This document shows positions 33,101-46,200 of a DNA stretch of 64,000 bases, piece by piece. A program made the position numbers and the translations under genes. Each line of letters starts with the position of its first letter. Positions within the stretch are counted from its first letter, which is position 1. The DNA is from Burkholderiales bacterium. Lineage in GTDB: Bacteria > Pseudomonadota > Gammaproteobacteria > Burkholderiales > WYBJ01. The stretch is taken from assembly GCA_022841915.1 (NCBI GenBank), contig JALHQN010000017.1:32377-96376 (forward strand), written 5' to 3'. The notes below the pieces were generated by a model. That model was not told the DNA's origin and ran no database searches. It saw nothing but the letters and a program-made list of their open reading frames with translations.

Positions 33101-33658
33101 GACGCGCAATCCGCCGATCTGGAGGAAGCGCTCGAAACGCTGGAGAGCGCGATTCGCCGCATCGATCGCGAGACGCGCGAATTGCTCACCAACACATTCG
33201 AAGTCGTCAACGGACATTTCGGCGAGATGTTCCCCTCGTTGTTCGGCGGCGGCAATGCGAAGCTGGTCCTGACCGGGGAAGAGATTCTCGACGCGGGCAT
33301 ACAGGTGATCGCGCAGCCGCCCGGCAAGCGCAACAGCTCGATCCACCTGCTGTCCGGGGGCGAGAAGGCCCTGACCGCACTTTCGCTGATCTTCTCCATG
33401 TTCAAGCTCAATCCGGCGCCTTTCTGCCTGCTCGACGAGGTCGATGCGCCGCTGGACGATTCGAACACCGTGCGGTTCTGCAACCTGGTCAAGAAGATGG
33501 CGACGGAGACCCAGTTCATGTTCATCAGCCACAACAAGCTCACGATGGAGATTGCCGAGCAACTCGTCGGCGTCACCATGCAGGAGCAGGGCGTTTCTCG
33601 CGTGGTCTCGGTGGACATCGACGAGGCGATGAAGCTCACCGAACAACAAGCAGCCTGA
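30125..33658 (+). CDS. smc: chromosome segregation protein SMC
   Basis: GFKSF, GPNGCGKSN, long coiled coils, LSGGEK, LDEVDAPLD. Confidence 0.97.
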   Translation: MRLKEIKLAGFKSFVDPTHIPIPGQIVGVVGPNGCGKSNVIDAVRWVLGESSARHLRGETMQDVIFNGAGDRKQGNRAAVELIFDNHLGKVSGEWSKYGEIAIKRVLEREGASEYYINGIHVRRRDVSDLFLGTGVGARAYGIIEQGMISKIIEAKPEELRVFLEEAAGVSKYRERRRETELRIGDTRDNLQRVTDIREELEKQLEHLQAQAEVAAKYRELQDALNNAHQLLWLVRKQEAGSQRNRVSRDLERATLDLEAEIAKLREAEKRAEDLRVRFYAASDVVSAAQGEFFQAGSEVARLEQQLQFLRTSRTRVENQSSQVKTDLEQCNTQLELSRTSAEEWRAKLEEAAIQVEELMGRVGADSERLPLTEEAFRDAQETLRELRDQRARIDQQLHVQDARREHAEKLLLQLDGRTRRLEQERDALVVPDDGALVELRSRFQSHEDELQELRARLDAHRYDLPQFEQFAREAQQSVEATASRITALDARRSALEALQARLARGENIKSWLETHGLDGRRRAWQGMRIEQGWEDALEAVLDERLNAVSVERMELDQSWWRESPPAKLAIYSEGVQGGLQPGPAESWCGLRPLSGFVTCLDAGVAKVMAEWLDGVYVADSAAAALEMRHDAPANVALVTREGHLFTRHSVSFHAPDSELHGVLSRQREIDDIGELIAAEQAVLDDRRGATEERENALTQLRNRIASLRSEIEATQEQTHTLELEILRLSEQLDRTSQRGMQIAAELKEIAGQVEHETEQREVATAEVERLREEHQDIDMRLRDADSAFRRSEHDLAVQRRTLQDGERELQSASFNQRTCAQRIDDLDSALRVLEEQRVRLLQSQSELDTDLSRFDETALAAELQTALALRGEREQALAKVRDDQQGLEAELRAVEQERLGAEQRIEPLRSRIGDLQLKEQEARLTEEQFSRQLAEASADEEALRGQLERGVRSSHLNTEINRLTEEITALGAVNLAALEELTAASERKAYLDAQSADLEEALETLESAIRRIDRETRELLTNTFEVVNGHFGEMFPSLFGGGNAKLVLTGEEILDAGIQVIAQPPGKRNSSIHLLSGGEKALTALSLIFSMFKLNPAPFCLLDEVDAPLDDSNTVRFCNLVKKMATETQFMFISHNKLTMEIAEQLVGVTMQEQGVSRVVSVDIDEAMKLTEQQAA

Positions 33659-33675
33659 CGCAGGACATATCTGCC

Positions 33676-36848
<3,173 letters not shown>

Positions 36849-36909
36849 TGCGCAGGCGCATGTTCGCCACTGTGCCGCTCGGTGCGGCTGCTACCGGATC
36901 CTGGGACCT

Positions 36910-37461
36910 ATGCGCATGATGACTTCGAACGAGAGCTGGGCCATCCTGAACGGCGCGGAATGCATCGTGCCGGCCCAGGTGATCGATGCCGAGCTCGCGC
37001 GCTTGGCCACGGAGATCAGCGATCGCCTGGGCGCTGCGTCCCCGCTGGTGCTCAGCGTCATGGGAGGTGCTGTCGTGTTCAGCGGGCGTCTTCTCCCGAT
37101 GCTGCGCTTTCCGCTCGAGTTCGACTTCCTGCATGTCACCCGCTATGGTGATTCGACGCGAGGCGGCGAGATCGAGTGGAAGGTCAAGCCGCGCGTTCCG
37201 GTGGCCGGGCGCACCGTCCTCGTACTCGACGACATTCTGGACGAAGGCATCACGCTCGCTGCGATCCGTGACGGGTTGATGGCCGATGGGGCGGCACATG
37301 TGATGTGTGCCGTCTTCGCCGACAAGAACATCGGTCGTTCCAAGCCCGTGACGGCCGATTTCATCGGCGTGCGTCTGCCGAATCGTTATGTGTTCGGCTT
37401 CGGCATGGACGTACGCGGCGCGTGGCGCAACCTTCCGGAAATCTACGCACTCGCGCAGTGA
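36910..37461 (+). CDS. hpt: hypoxanthine-guanine phosphoribosyltransferase
   Basis: VLVLDDILDEGITL PRPP motif, YVFGFGMD, RNLP. Confidence 0.9.
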   Translation: MRMMTSNESWAILNGAECIVPAQVIDAELARLATEISDRLGAASPLVLSVMGGAVVFSGRLLPMLRFPLEFDFLHVTRYGDSTRGGEIEWKVKPRVPVAGRTVLVLDDILDEGITLAAIRDGLMADGAAHVMCAVFADKNIGRSKPVTADFIGVRLPNRYVFGFGMDVRGAWRNLPEIYALAQ

Positions 37462-37471
37462 TCGCCCGTCG

Positions 37472-38872
37472 CTACAAGTTCTCGACTTCGACCGGAAAAA
37501 GCGGTTCCAGCGCATCGACTTCCATCACGTGGTAGGCATTGAATCGATACGCCGTTCCTGCGGATAGTTCGGGAGGCGTAAACGGAAAGGCGAGATTGCC
37601 GCCGGTGGACAGTCGGCCGGGGAATCCGTGGTGCAGCATGTACTGCTTGAAGATGGTCGTCACGGCCTTGGCTTCGTCGGCAGTGGCGGCGATACATTCG
37701 ACCAGGATGAACACCTCGCGCGGCATTTGCGCGGGCAGGGCGCCCCAGTCGAAGACACCGTCCAGCCCGTAGATCCGGTACAAGAGCCGATAGGGCTCGG
37801 CCGACGTCCCCGGCGCAAGCTCGCGCACGGTTTTTTCGACCCCGACAAGAATCTCTCGAATGTTCTCGATCACGCGAGGATCGGCGCTTCCGGCGAGCAA
37901 GACGGCGCGTTCGCCCACGCGTACGGCGCCCTCGATCTTCACGGTGAAACGCTGCGCGGGCTCCCAGCGAGCACCCGACACACGGGTTCGATGTTCGTCG
38001 ATCGCCTCGTAACGCGCCTGATCGACGTACAGGGAGCCCTCGGGTTCGTGAACGACGAACGGATCGGATTGCTCGTACAGGCTGTGCGCAGCCACCGACA
38101 TCGGCGTCGCGTTTCGGATCGGGTTCATGCTGTCGAGCGTGAAGCTGTCGCCCTCGAGCGTGCCGAGCAGCGCATCGCGCCCGCCTGGGTTGCAGCAAAG
38201 CGAACAACACTCGATGATCTTGGACATATGCATCGTCGGGCCCATCGGATAGCCCAGCGCGGCGGGGACGCATGCGAACACCGCGGTATCGCAAGCGCGA
38301 CCGGCGATGATCACCTCGGCACCTTGGGCGAGCGCTCGCTGAAAGGCCTCGACGCCCATCTGACCGACGATGTGGGCTGCCTGATCGACGTCCGACGCCG
38401 TTAGATCGCCAACGGCGCCCAACGGACTCACCTTGCGTTGGCGTATGGCCGCCTTCACGACCTCGCGCGGCATGTCGGCGCCGATCCAGCCGAGCCGAAA
38501 GCGCAGCCCTTGTTCGCGTGCGACCTCCCGCACCAAGCGCAGAGTCGCTTCGAGATGCGGACGAGCGCCCGCGGTGCCGGCACTGCCGATGATCAGCGGA
38601 GCATCGAGGCTGCGCGCGCCTCGCAGCACCTTGGCGAGATCGGCTCGCGTCATGGCGATCGAGGTGCCCATTTCGCCGCTTCCCAGGTACGCCGGGCCCG
38701 GGTCGATTGATCCCATGTCGGCGCCGATGACATGCGGTTTGCGCCCGAGCCCGGCGGTGAAGGCTGCATCGGGGATGCCGTAGCCCAGTTGTCCGGACGC
38801 CGCCAGGACGCGCAGCGGAGCGCGCTGGGTGCTCTGGATCAGTTCCCGCCTGAGACGTTCGAGGACGCTCAT
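37472..38872 (-). CDS. AtuA-like (DUF1446) protein
   Basis: GQLGYG, ADMGSIDPGPAYLG, GSAGTAG, GQMG, IAGRACD, KIIEC, AHSLYEQSDP. Confidence 0.8.
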   Translation of the reverse strand: MSVLERLRRELIQSTQRAPLRVLAASGQLGYGIPDAAFTAGLGRKPHVIGADMGSIDPGPAYLGSGEMGTSIAMTRADLAKVLRGARSLDAPLIIGSAGTAGARPHLEATLRLVREVAREQGLRFRLGWIGADMPREVVKAAIRQRKVSPLGAVGDLTASDVDQAAHIVGQMGVEAFQRALAQGAEVIIAGRACDTAVFACVPAALGYPMGPTMHMSKIIECCSLCCNPGGRDALLGTLEGDSFTLDSMNPIRNATPMSVAAHSLYEQSDPFVVHEPEGSLYVDQARYEAIDEHRTRVSGARWEPAQRFTVKIEGAVRVGERAVLLAGSADPRVIENIREILVGVEKTVRELAPGTSAEPYRLLYRIYGLDGVFDWGALPAQMPREVFILVECIAATADEAKAVTTIFKQYMLHHGFPGRLSTGGNLAFPFTPPELSAGTAYRFNAYHVMEVDALEPLFPVEVENL

Positions 38873-39171
38873 AGCTCGACCTCCAGCAGCGGCCCGTGCT
38901 GCTGGGCGCCATAGATGTCCCGGTCGCCGGGATCGCCAGCAATGACTTTGCGGTCGAATGAGATCTTGATGGCAAGCGCAGCCGGGTAGGGCATGACCTG
39001 AACCCGCTCAGTCGGGACTCGATAAAGCCGGCCGATGGCGCTCGCGCTCAAGGACTGCGACGCGCACGCACGCTCGTAGCCGTCGAGATCATGAAACAAC
39101 AAGTCGAGCGTCAATGTGGTGGGGCCGGCGTTCTTGCTCCTGATTATTCGGGCCGCATCGGTAAGCTTCAT
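38869..39171 (-). CDS. DUF4387 family protein
   Basis: IIRSKNAGP, GDRDIYGAQQHGPL; 4-nt overlaps with both neighbours. Confidence 0.85.
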   Translation of the reverse strand: MKLTDAARIIRSKNAGPTTLTLDLLFHDLDGYERACASQSLSASAIGRLYRVPTERVQVMPYPAALAIKISFDRKVIAGDPGDRDIYGAQQHGPLLEVEL

Positions 39172-40217
39172 TGCGGGTAATCCTCCCAATCCGGTTTGAC
39201 GTTGGCGTTGCGTATCACGCGCTCCCATCGGGCCGTATCGCGCCGGATGAGCTCGTAGACTTGAGCCGATGTGCTGGTGACAGGTTCCGCGCCGATCGAC
39301 CGAAGCCGAGCGCGAATATCATTCGATCCCAGTGCGGCAGTCAACTCGTGACTCAGCCATGGCGCGATTCGCGCCGGCGTTTGAATGGATACGAACAGAC
39401 CGAACCATCCGGTGAAATCGAAGCCCGGGACGCCGGCTTCACCCATCGTGGGGACGGAGGGCAGATGCGACGAACGCGCCGTGCCGGTCACCCCCAGGGC
39501 ATGCAATCGGCCCGACTCTACGTAGGGCAGGGCGAGCGGCACGCTGCTGAACATCATGTGGATATGGCCGCCGATCAATTCGCCGATCGCCGGCAGTCCG
39601 CCGCGATAGGCGACGTGCACGATCTTCGTATCGGTCAAGGACTTGAACAGTTCGGTCGCTAAGTGAAGAACGCTGCCGCTGCCCGCGGAGCCGTAGTTCA
39701 GTATCCAGGGTCTTCGCGCCGTGAATTCGATCAGCGCAGGCAAGGTCCTCGGCGGCAGATTGGGATTGATGACTAAAGCATACGGCACGCGTGCCACCAG
39801 AGTCAGCGGCGCGAATGCCAGCGCAGGATCGAATTTCAAGGTGGTGTACAGCAGCGCGTTGATCGACATCAGGCCGGCTGTCCCCAGCAGCCAGGTATGG
39901 CCGTCGGGAGGCGTACGCAGCACCGATTCGGCGCCAATGTTCCCACCGGCACCGCTGCGGTTCTCCGTGTTCACTCGTACGCCGAGCCGGTTGCCGATCG
40001 GGTCGGCGACGATCCGTGCGATCGTGTCGGTGCTCGCACCCGGAGGGAATGGGACGACCAATTTGATCGGTCGCGAAGGGAAAGCCATGGCGTGCCCGTG
40101 GGATGGAGCCGGCGGCGAAGCGGCCCAAACGGCGCACGGGAGCAAACCTGCGCAAAGAGCGATGGATGCCGCCAGCACAAATGCGTGAAGGTATCGTGTC
40201 CCTCCCGATCGCTTCAC
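39168..40217 (-). CDS. tripartite tricarboxylate transporter (Bug/TctC) substrate-binding protein (start uncertain)
   Basis: FPSRPIKLVVPFPPGASTD, ENRSGAGG, YGSAGSGS, HVAYRGG, PTMGEAG. Confidence 0.88.
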   Translation of the reverse strand: MKRSGGTRYLHAFVLAASIALCAGLLPCAVWAASPPAPSHGHAMAFPSRPIKLVVPFPPGASTDTIARIVADPIGNRLGVRVNTENRSGAGGNIGAESVLRTPPDGHTWLLGTAGLMSINALLYTTLKFDPALAFAPLTLVARVPYALVINPNLPPRTLPALIEFTARRPWILNYGSAGSGSVLHLATELFKSLTDTKIVHVAYRGGLPAIGELIGGHIHMMFSSVPLALPYVESGRLHALGVTGTARSSHLPSVPTMGEAGVPGFDFTGWFGLFVSIQTPARIAPWLSHELTAALGSNDIRARLRSIGAEPVTSTSAQVYELIRRDTARWERVIRNANVKPDWEDYPQ

Positions 40218-40701
40218 TCCCAAGATTGTCCTCGGCAGGCAGGAAACGATGCCCGGACCTCGCATCTCGACGAATCTGTCCGGGGTGCCATGGGCGGTTC
40301 GGCGAGTAGCGAAGCTGCGATCCACGAGGCGGCGTCACATTACGAAAGGCGCACGAGGTGCAGTATGCAGGACACGAAAGCGGGCAGCAACGCGAAACGA
40401 TCGTCGCGGCACGGCGCGGGCATTCGAGACAGAATCATGACGCTCATGACTGGCGGTGTCGATCTTCGAAGAGGACTCGTCGAGCAGGGGACATACGCAT
40501 GAAAGCGCACGGCGCGATGGTATATTGGCGGCCCGCAGCATCCCTTCCGAGAAACAGCCGAATGTTTCAGTACGCTCATTTGTTTTCACCCGGGAACGGT
40601 TTCGGGCACTGTTTCGGCGCCGTGACTTTCGTTGCCTTTCGCATGAACAGCAGTGCACTTCGTCGATCTGCGGGATTCGCCAACGTTCCACAGAGTCAAC
40701 C

Positions 40702-41571
40702 ATGACCTTCTCCAGCATCGGCATCCTGAGCCCGGGCGAAATGGGCGCTGCGATCGGACGCAGCCTGATAGGACGCGGCCATACCGTGCTGGCTGCGCTC
40801 AATGGGCGCAGCGAAAGAACCCGCGCGCTGGCCGCGACGTCGAATATCGTCAATGTCGGCTCGATCGATCAACTGGTGCGCCAGTGCGACTTGATTCTGT
40901 CGATTCTCCCGCCGGCGGCGGCGACCGTGGCTGCCCAGCAGGTCAGCGCAGCAATGCAAGCGACGGCTGCTCGCCCCCTGTTCGTCGACTGCAATTCGAT
41001 CGCGCCGCAGACCGCGCGCAAAGTCGGGGATTTCATCGCCGCGGCCGGCGGACGATTCATGGATGCGGCATTGATCGGCGCGCCTCCCGGGGGTGCGATC
41101 GTTGCTCGCCTTTATGTCAGCGGGCCGAACGCTCGCGAACTGTGCGCGCTCGAGACAGATCACCTTCAGATCCGGGTGCTCGGAGAGGAGCTCGGCGCTG
41201 CCTCTGCGCTGCGCGTCTGCTACAGCGCGTTCGGGGAGGGGCTGACGGCAATCGCCACGCAATCGCTGGTGGCAGCGGAACGATTCGGCGTCGAAGAGTC
41301 CTTGCGCTCGGAATTGCTCGAAACGCGCGGTACGGCCTACGAGTGGATCATGCGCGCGCTTCCTGCGCTGTCACCTCGCGTGCAACGCTCGGTGAGGGAA
41401 ATGGAGGAGGCCGCGCTGGCCTTCGAAGCGGTGGGCCTCACGCCGAAACCCTTGCTCGGAATCGCCGACGTGCTGCGCTGGGTCGCCGACAGCACCAATG
41501 GCAAAGTTGCGGGGACGGGCATGCACGTCGGGTCTGGGCGAGCGTTGATTCGAAGACTCAGCGAAGGCTGA
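40702..41571 (+). CDS. NAD(P)-dependent beta-hydroxyacid dehydrogenase-like protein with DUF1932-type C-terminus
   Basis: IGILSPGEMG, RSERT, DCNSIAPQT, IIG.PP-type motif, ASALRVCY, REMEE. Confidence 0.75.
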   Translation: MTFSSIGILSPGEMGAAIGRSLIGRGHTVLAALNGRSERTRALAATSNIVNVGSIDQLVRQCDLILSILPPAAATVAAQQVSAAMQATAARPLFVDCNSIAPQTARKVGDFIAAAGGRFMDAALIGAPPGGAIVARLYVSGPNARELCALETDHLQIRVLGEELGAASALRVCYSAFGEGLTAIATQSLVAAERFGVEESLRSELLETRGTAYEWIMRALPALSPRVQRSVREMEEAALAFEAVGLTPKPLLGIADVLRWVADSTNGKVAGTGMHVGSGRALIRRLSEG

Positions 41572-41851
41572 GTTCGTCGATCGTGACGCAATCGGCGATC
41601 GGATGCCCTGTGACTGCCGAATCTGCGGACTGGGTGTCGATTGCGCGGCGTTCTCGCGGTAGTCGCGCGCTGCGCGAAGCCTTGTTGCACTGCGCGTGTC
41701 GACGCGCTTTCGCATAGGTCGGATGCGACGGAGAAGCACCTAGCCAAGGCCGGCGGTGTGTTTTTTGCCCGAGAAGGCTCGACATTCGTTGCGAATGCAT
41801 TTTGCACACTTGGGTCATGACACTTAACGCTCTGAAAGTACGTACTAATCC

Positions 41852-41867
41852 TGGCACTCATTTTGCG
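41852..41867 (+). promoter_or_regulatory. sigma54 -24/-12 promoter upstream of pckG
   Basis: TGGCAC-TCATT-TTGC, an exact consensus spacing, in an AT-rich intergenic region. Confidence 0.6.
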
Positions 41868-41930
41868 GGGTGTTCGGTGTAAAATTGCCGATTCTTATCT
41901 GGCACCTTCCTGCAATCCGGAGAACGTTTC

Positions 41931-43778
41931 ATGATACAGAGCAACGCGGCAGTGCTTGCCGCAAGAGAACCGATCAGCTTCCCGGAGTACATCGCGAATA
42001 CCAAAGCGCGACAGTGGATCAGCGATATGGTCGCTCTCTGCAAACCGAAGGACGTTCACTTCGTGGACGGCAGTGAAGAAGAGAATACGCGGCTGTGCGA
42101 GCAGATGGTCACCGCGGGAATCTTCCAAAAGCTCAACCCCGAACTTCGCCCCAACAGCTACCTCGCTCGTTCTCACCCCTCCGACGTCGCGCGGATGGAA
42201 GATCGCACTTTCGTTTGCAGCCGCAATCGCGAAGATGCTGGCCCGAACAACAATTGGGTCGAGCCTGAGCAGATGAAGGGTACGCTGACCAAGCTCTTCG
42301 ATGGCTGCATGCAAGGCCGCACGATGTACGTCATTCCCTTCTCCATGGGGCCGCTGGGCTCGCACATCGCTCACATCGGCATCGAGTTGAGCGATTCGCC
42401 GTATGTCGTCGTCAACATGCGCATCATGACGCGCATGGGGCGCGCAGTGTGGGACGTCCTCGGGGCCGACGGCGACTACGTGCCGGCGCTGCATTCCGTC
42501 GGCAAGCCGTTGATGCCCGGCGAGCAGGACGAGGTCTGGCCGAACAATCCTGAAAAGTACATCGTCCAGTTCCCGGAAGAGAAGTCGATCTGGTCCTACG
42601 GCTCGGGTTACGGGGGCAACGCCTTGCTGGGCAAGAAGTGCTTCGCTCTGCGTATCGCCTCGGTCCTGGCCAAAGAGCAGGGCTGGCTCGCTGAGCACAT
42701 GTTGATTCTCGGTCTGGAGTCGCCGAAGGGCGAGAAGACGTATGTCGCAGCCGCTTTCCCGAGTGCGTGCGGCAAGACCAACCTCGCCATGTTGATCCCG
42801 CCCAAGGCGTTCAAGGGCTGGAAGGCCACGACGGTGGGTGAGGACATCGCGTGGATCAAGCCGGGCAAGGACGGTCGCTTCTATGCGATCAATCCTGAGG
42901 CAGGCTACTTCGGGGTTGCCCCGGGGACATCCTACAGCACCAACGCGAACGCAATGGATACCCTCAAGGCCAACGTCATCTTCACCAACGTTGCGTTGAC
43001 CCCAGAGGGTGATGTCTGGTGGGAAGGCATGACCAAGACTCCACCTCCCAGGTTGATCGACTGGCAAGGCAACGAGTGGACACCTGGCTGCGGCCGACCG
43101 GCAGCGCATCCGAACGCGCGTTTCACGGTACCGGCATCACAGTGTCCGTCGATCGATCCTGACTGGGAAAATCCGAATGGCGTGCCCATCAGCGCGTTCA
43201 TTTTCGGGGGGCGGCGAAGCACGGGCGTTCCTCTCGTCGTGGAAGCGTTCAATTGGAACTACGGCGTTTATATGGCCGCCACGATGGGCTCGGAAACCAC
43301 CGCGGCCACGACCGGCAAAGTGGGCATCGTGCGGCGAGATCCGTTCGCCATGCTGCCGTTCTGCGGCTACCACATGGGCGATTATTTCAACCACTGGTTG
43401 CAGATCGGACACGTGGTGGACACTCCGCCCAAGGTCTTTTGCGTGAACTGGTTTCGCCTGGACAAGGACGGCAATTTCCTCTGGCCGGGATTCAGCGAGA
43501 ACATGCGCGTTCTCAAGTGGGTCGTCGAGCGAGTCAACGGTCGGGTCGGAGCCAAGGAAAGCCCGCTCGGGTGGATGCCGCGCTACGAGGATATCGAGTG
43601 GAAGGGCCTCAAGGGCGCGGTGACGCCCGAGCAGTTCGACGAGCTCATGAGCGTAGACGCCAAAGTCTGGGAAGACGAGCTCGAGGCGCATGGGGAGTTG
43701 TTCGAGAAGCTGAAGTCCCGGTTGCCCCGTCAGTTGGTTCTCAAACGAGAGCTCTTCGGGATGAACTTGTGGCACTGA
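41931..43778 (+). CDS. pckG: GTP-dependent PEP carboxykinase
   Basis: [44 protein letters not shown]. Confidence 0.97.
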   Translation: MIQSNAAVLAAREPISFPEYIANTKARQWISDMVALCKPKDVHFVDGSEEENTRLCEQMVTAGIFQKLNPELRPNSYLARSHPSDVARMEDRTFVCSRNREDAGPNNNWVEPEQMKGTLTKLFDGCMQGRTMYVIPFSMGPLGSHIAHIGIELSDSPYVVVNMRIMTRMGRAVWDVLGADGDYVPALHSVGKPLMPGEQDEVWPNNPEKYIVQFPEEKSIWSYGSGYGGNALLGKKCFALRIASVLAKEQGWLAEHMLILGLESPKGEKTYVAAAFPSACGKTNLAMLIPPKAFKGWKATTVGEDIAWIKPGKDGRFYAINPEAGYFGVAPGTSYSTNANAMDTLKANVIFTNVALTPEGDVWWEGMTKTPPPRLIDWQGNEWTPGCGRPAAHPNARFTVPASQCPSIDPDWENPNGVPISAFIFGGRRSTGVPLVVEAFNWNYGVYMAATMGSETTAATTGKVGIVRRDPFAMLPFCGYHMGDYFNHWLQIGHVVDTPPKVFCVNWFRLDKDGNFLWPGFSENMRVLKWVVERVNGRVGAKESPLGWMPRYEDIEWKGLKGAVTPEQFDELMSVDAKVWEDELEAHGELFEKLKSRLPRQLVLKRELFGMNLWH

Positions 43779-43804
43779 TGCCGACGAGGTGGGTCAGGTA
43801 GGAC

Positions 43805-43829
43805 AGCGCCCCGCGATGCGGGGCGTTTT
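43805..43829 (+). terminator. intrinsic terminator after pckG
   Basis: GCGCCCCGC-GAT-GCGGGGCGT followed by TTT. Confidence 0.75.
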
Positions 43830-43900
43830 GCTTCGTCCTTCACCCGCATCGATCGCTATGGCGCGAGGCGTGCTGCGTCTCGCCTCTTGCTGCGGGCGGG

Positions 43901-44431
43901 CTAGGACTGCCGGCCCGGCGGCAGACATTCCCCGAGGGAGCGATACAGCCCGCGAGCGAACACGAGGGGCTCGACGTTCCGATAGGTGTACTTCATCACC
44001 TGACCGATCAGAATGACGTGATCACCGCTGTAGTGCCGCGTTTCGTTGCGGCATTCGATCTGCGCGGCAACGCCGGAGATCAGCGGCACCCCGAGCTCGC
44101 CATCGGCCCAGTCGACGCCTTCGAACCGGTCGATCGACCGGGCGGCGAAGCGGCGGGACAATGCGGTCTGATCGCAGGCGAGGATGTTTACCGCGAAATG
44201 GGGCGCCTGCAGGAACGCCTGCAAGTTCGGCGAATAGAGCGACAGGCTCCACAAGACCAGTGGCGGCGTGAGCGAAACCGAACTGAAGGAATTGCACGTG
44301 AGCCCGATGGGGCGCCCCTCGGGGGTGCGCGTGGTGACGATCGTCACGCCGGTCGGAAACATGCCGAAAGCATGGCGAAGGTCGCGCTGATCGAACGCGG
44401 CAGCGGGGGCGGGTTCGGTAGAGTCGTTCAT
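43901..44431 (-). CDS. flavin reductase (HpaC/HsaB-like)
   Basis: FPTGVTIVT, TCNSFSSVSLTPPLVL, GDH. Confidence 0.9.
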   Translation of the reverse strand: MNDSTEPAPAAAFDQRDLRHAFGMFPTGVTIVTTRTPEGRPIGLTCNSFSSVSLTPPLVLWSLSLYSPNLQAFLQAPHFAVNILACDQTALSRRFAARSIDRFEGVDWADGELGVPLISGVAAQIECRNETRHYSGDHVILIGQVMKYTYRNVEPLVFARGLYRSLGECLPPGRQS

Positions 44432-44436
44432 CCCGG

Positions 44437-45636
44437 TCAGATGGTCGGATTGTCGATGCGGATGCCCAGCGCCACCTTGCCATAGAGCGACGCAGCAACA
44501 TCCCAGGTGAGTGCATTGTGACTGTTGGCCGCGTGCACATCGCGGAAAGCGCGCTGAATATCCCGTTGATCGTACAAGGCGTCGCCGCCGGACGCTTCGA
44601 ACAGCACATCCACCGCACGGGTGCACAGCCTGGCCGCATAAGCGCCGTCGCGTCGGAACGCGACCTTTTCGTCGAGGGACGGTATTTCTCCGCGCTGCGC
44701 GATCGCCATCGCCTGCTCGCAGCGCGAGGTCATCATGAGCCGGGCGGCACGGGTCGCGGCCGAAGCTTCTGCGAGCCTGATCTGCACGGAAGAGAAGTCG
44801 GACATGCGAGCCGAGGAATAGGCGGCCACGCGCGTCACGGTCTCCCGGGTGAAACTGGCGACCGCCGCCTCGGCGATGCCGAGCGCGACGCCGCCGACGA
44901 CATAAGGAAACATGTCGAAGGGCGGGATCCTGTAGAGCGCGCCGGGATTGACGGACGAGCCGGGACTCGCGCCGCCGCGCACGTCGCAGACGGCGAGGGT
45001 GCGGTATTCCGGCACGAACGCGTCCGTGATCTCGATGTCTTTGCTGCCCGTGCCCTTGAGGCCGGCGACGAACCAGGTATCGATCTGCCGGTAGTCGGAC
45101 TGCGGGACCAGGAACATGCGGTATTCGCCTTCGCCGGTGGCCTCATCATGCACGATGGCACCCACCATGGACCAAAGACAGGTATCGATGCCGCTCGAGA
45201 ACTTCCAGTGGCCGGACAGACGGTATCCGCCGTCGGTGCGATAGGCGTGACCTGCCGGAAAGACGAAGGCCGACGCGATCAGCGTGTCGGGCGCATCACT
45301 CCAGATCTCGATCTGGGCCCGCTCCCCCCACATGGCCAACATCCAATGGTGGCTCGCCAGGTTCGCGTAGACCCACGCGGTCGAACCGCATCCGTGACCG
45401 ATGACGGCCCCCACGTCCACGAGTGCTTGAAAAGGCAGCTCGGCGCCACCGAAGCGGCGTGGCTGCAAAATCCGGAACAGGCCGGCCGCATGGAGATCCT
45501 GCAGGGTTTCATCGGGTATGCGCCGCAGCGCTTCGGCATGGGCGCTTCGTGCCTTCAGCGTCGGCACCAGCGCATGTGCCTGATCCAACTCGTGGGCGTA
45601 GGAAGGGGTCGAGCTAGCCTGCATCCCATGCATCAT
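44437..45636 (-). CDS. acyl-CoA dehydrogenase-fold flavin-dependent monooxygenase (HsaA/C2/IacA-like)
   Basis: LQPRRFGG, STAWV, LSGHWKFSSG, DTWFVAGLKGTGS, QRAFRDVHA. Confidence 0.85.
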   Translation of the reverse strand: MMHGMQASSTPSYAHELDQAHALVPTLKARSAHAEALRRIPDETLQDLHAAGLFRILQPRRFGGAELPFQALVDVGAVIGHGCGSTAWVYANLASHHWMLAMWGERAQIEIWSDAPDTLIASAFVFPAGHAYRTDGGYRLSGHWKFSSGIDTCLWSMVGAIVHDEATGEGEYRMFLVPQSDYRQIDTWFVAGLKGTGSKDIEITDAFVPEYRTLAVCDVRGGASPGSSVNPGALYRIPPFDMFPYVVGGVALGIAEAAVASFTRETVTRVAAYSSARMSDFSSVQIRLAEASAATRAARLMMTSRCEQAMAIAQRGEIPSLDEKVAFRRDGAYAARLCTRAVDVLFEASGGDALYDQRDIQRAFRDVHAANSHNALTWDVAASLYGKVALGIRIDNPTI

Positions 45637-46200
45637 GGCGCTACCCCCTGTTTCAGTGGACCCCATTTCGGGCGTCCAAGCTCAGCAGCCGAGGGCCCTG
45701 TCCAGCATGGACCGACCGATTTTTTGAGGGCGCAGAGGCGTCGCCAGCCGCCCTGCAACTCCCTCGCTCAAGCGCCGCTGCCGCCGCTTCCGCGTGAATG
45801 CTCGGGCGTGAGTGCGCTCGGACATGAACACGGGCAGAGAGCGTCTGCGGGGCCGACCGAAGTTACCGATTTTCGATGCGGATCTGGCCGATTCTAGCGC
45901 CAATTGCCCGGCGGCACATCACGGTCGGGGCCGTCGGTCGTCGCCTCCAAAGCCTGTATGCTCGAATACGCGCGCTCGCTTGGAACGAAGCGCGTCCTTG
46001 GCGCGGGCACGCCGGGGGCGCTGAATGGACTGCAGGCAAACGGGCAGGATTTCGGCGCTACAATGGGACGCTGATTCCGATCGAACTGATCGGGCTGGCG
46101 GGCCGGATCAGCCGGCTCGTCCCCGGATGCCGAGGGACAACACGTCTTCCAGCGGCAAGATGCCGGTCGAGCAGATGAACGTGGATTCAGGGGGCGGGCG

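Noticed and set aside
41900-41914. Second sigma54-like site TGGCACCTTCCTGCA
   Set aside because: GG-to-GC spacing is one base short of the strict -24/-12 requirement.
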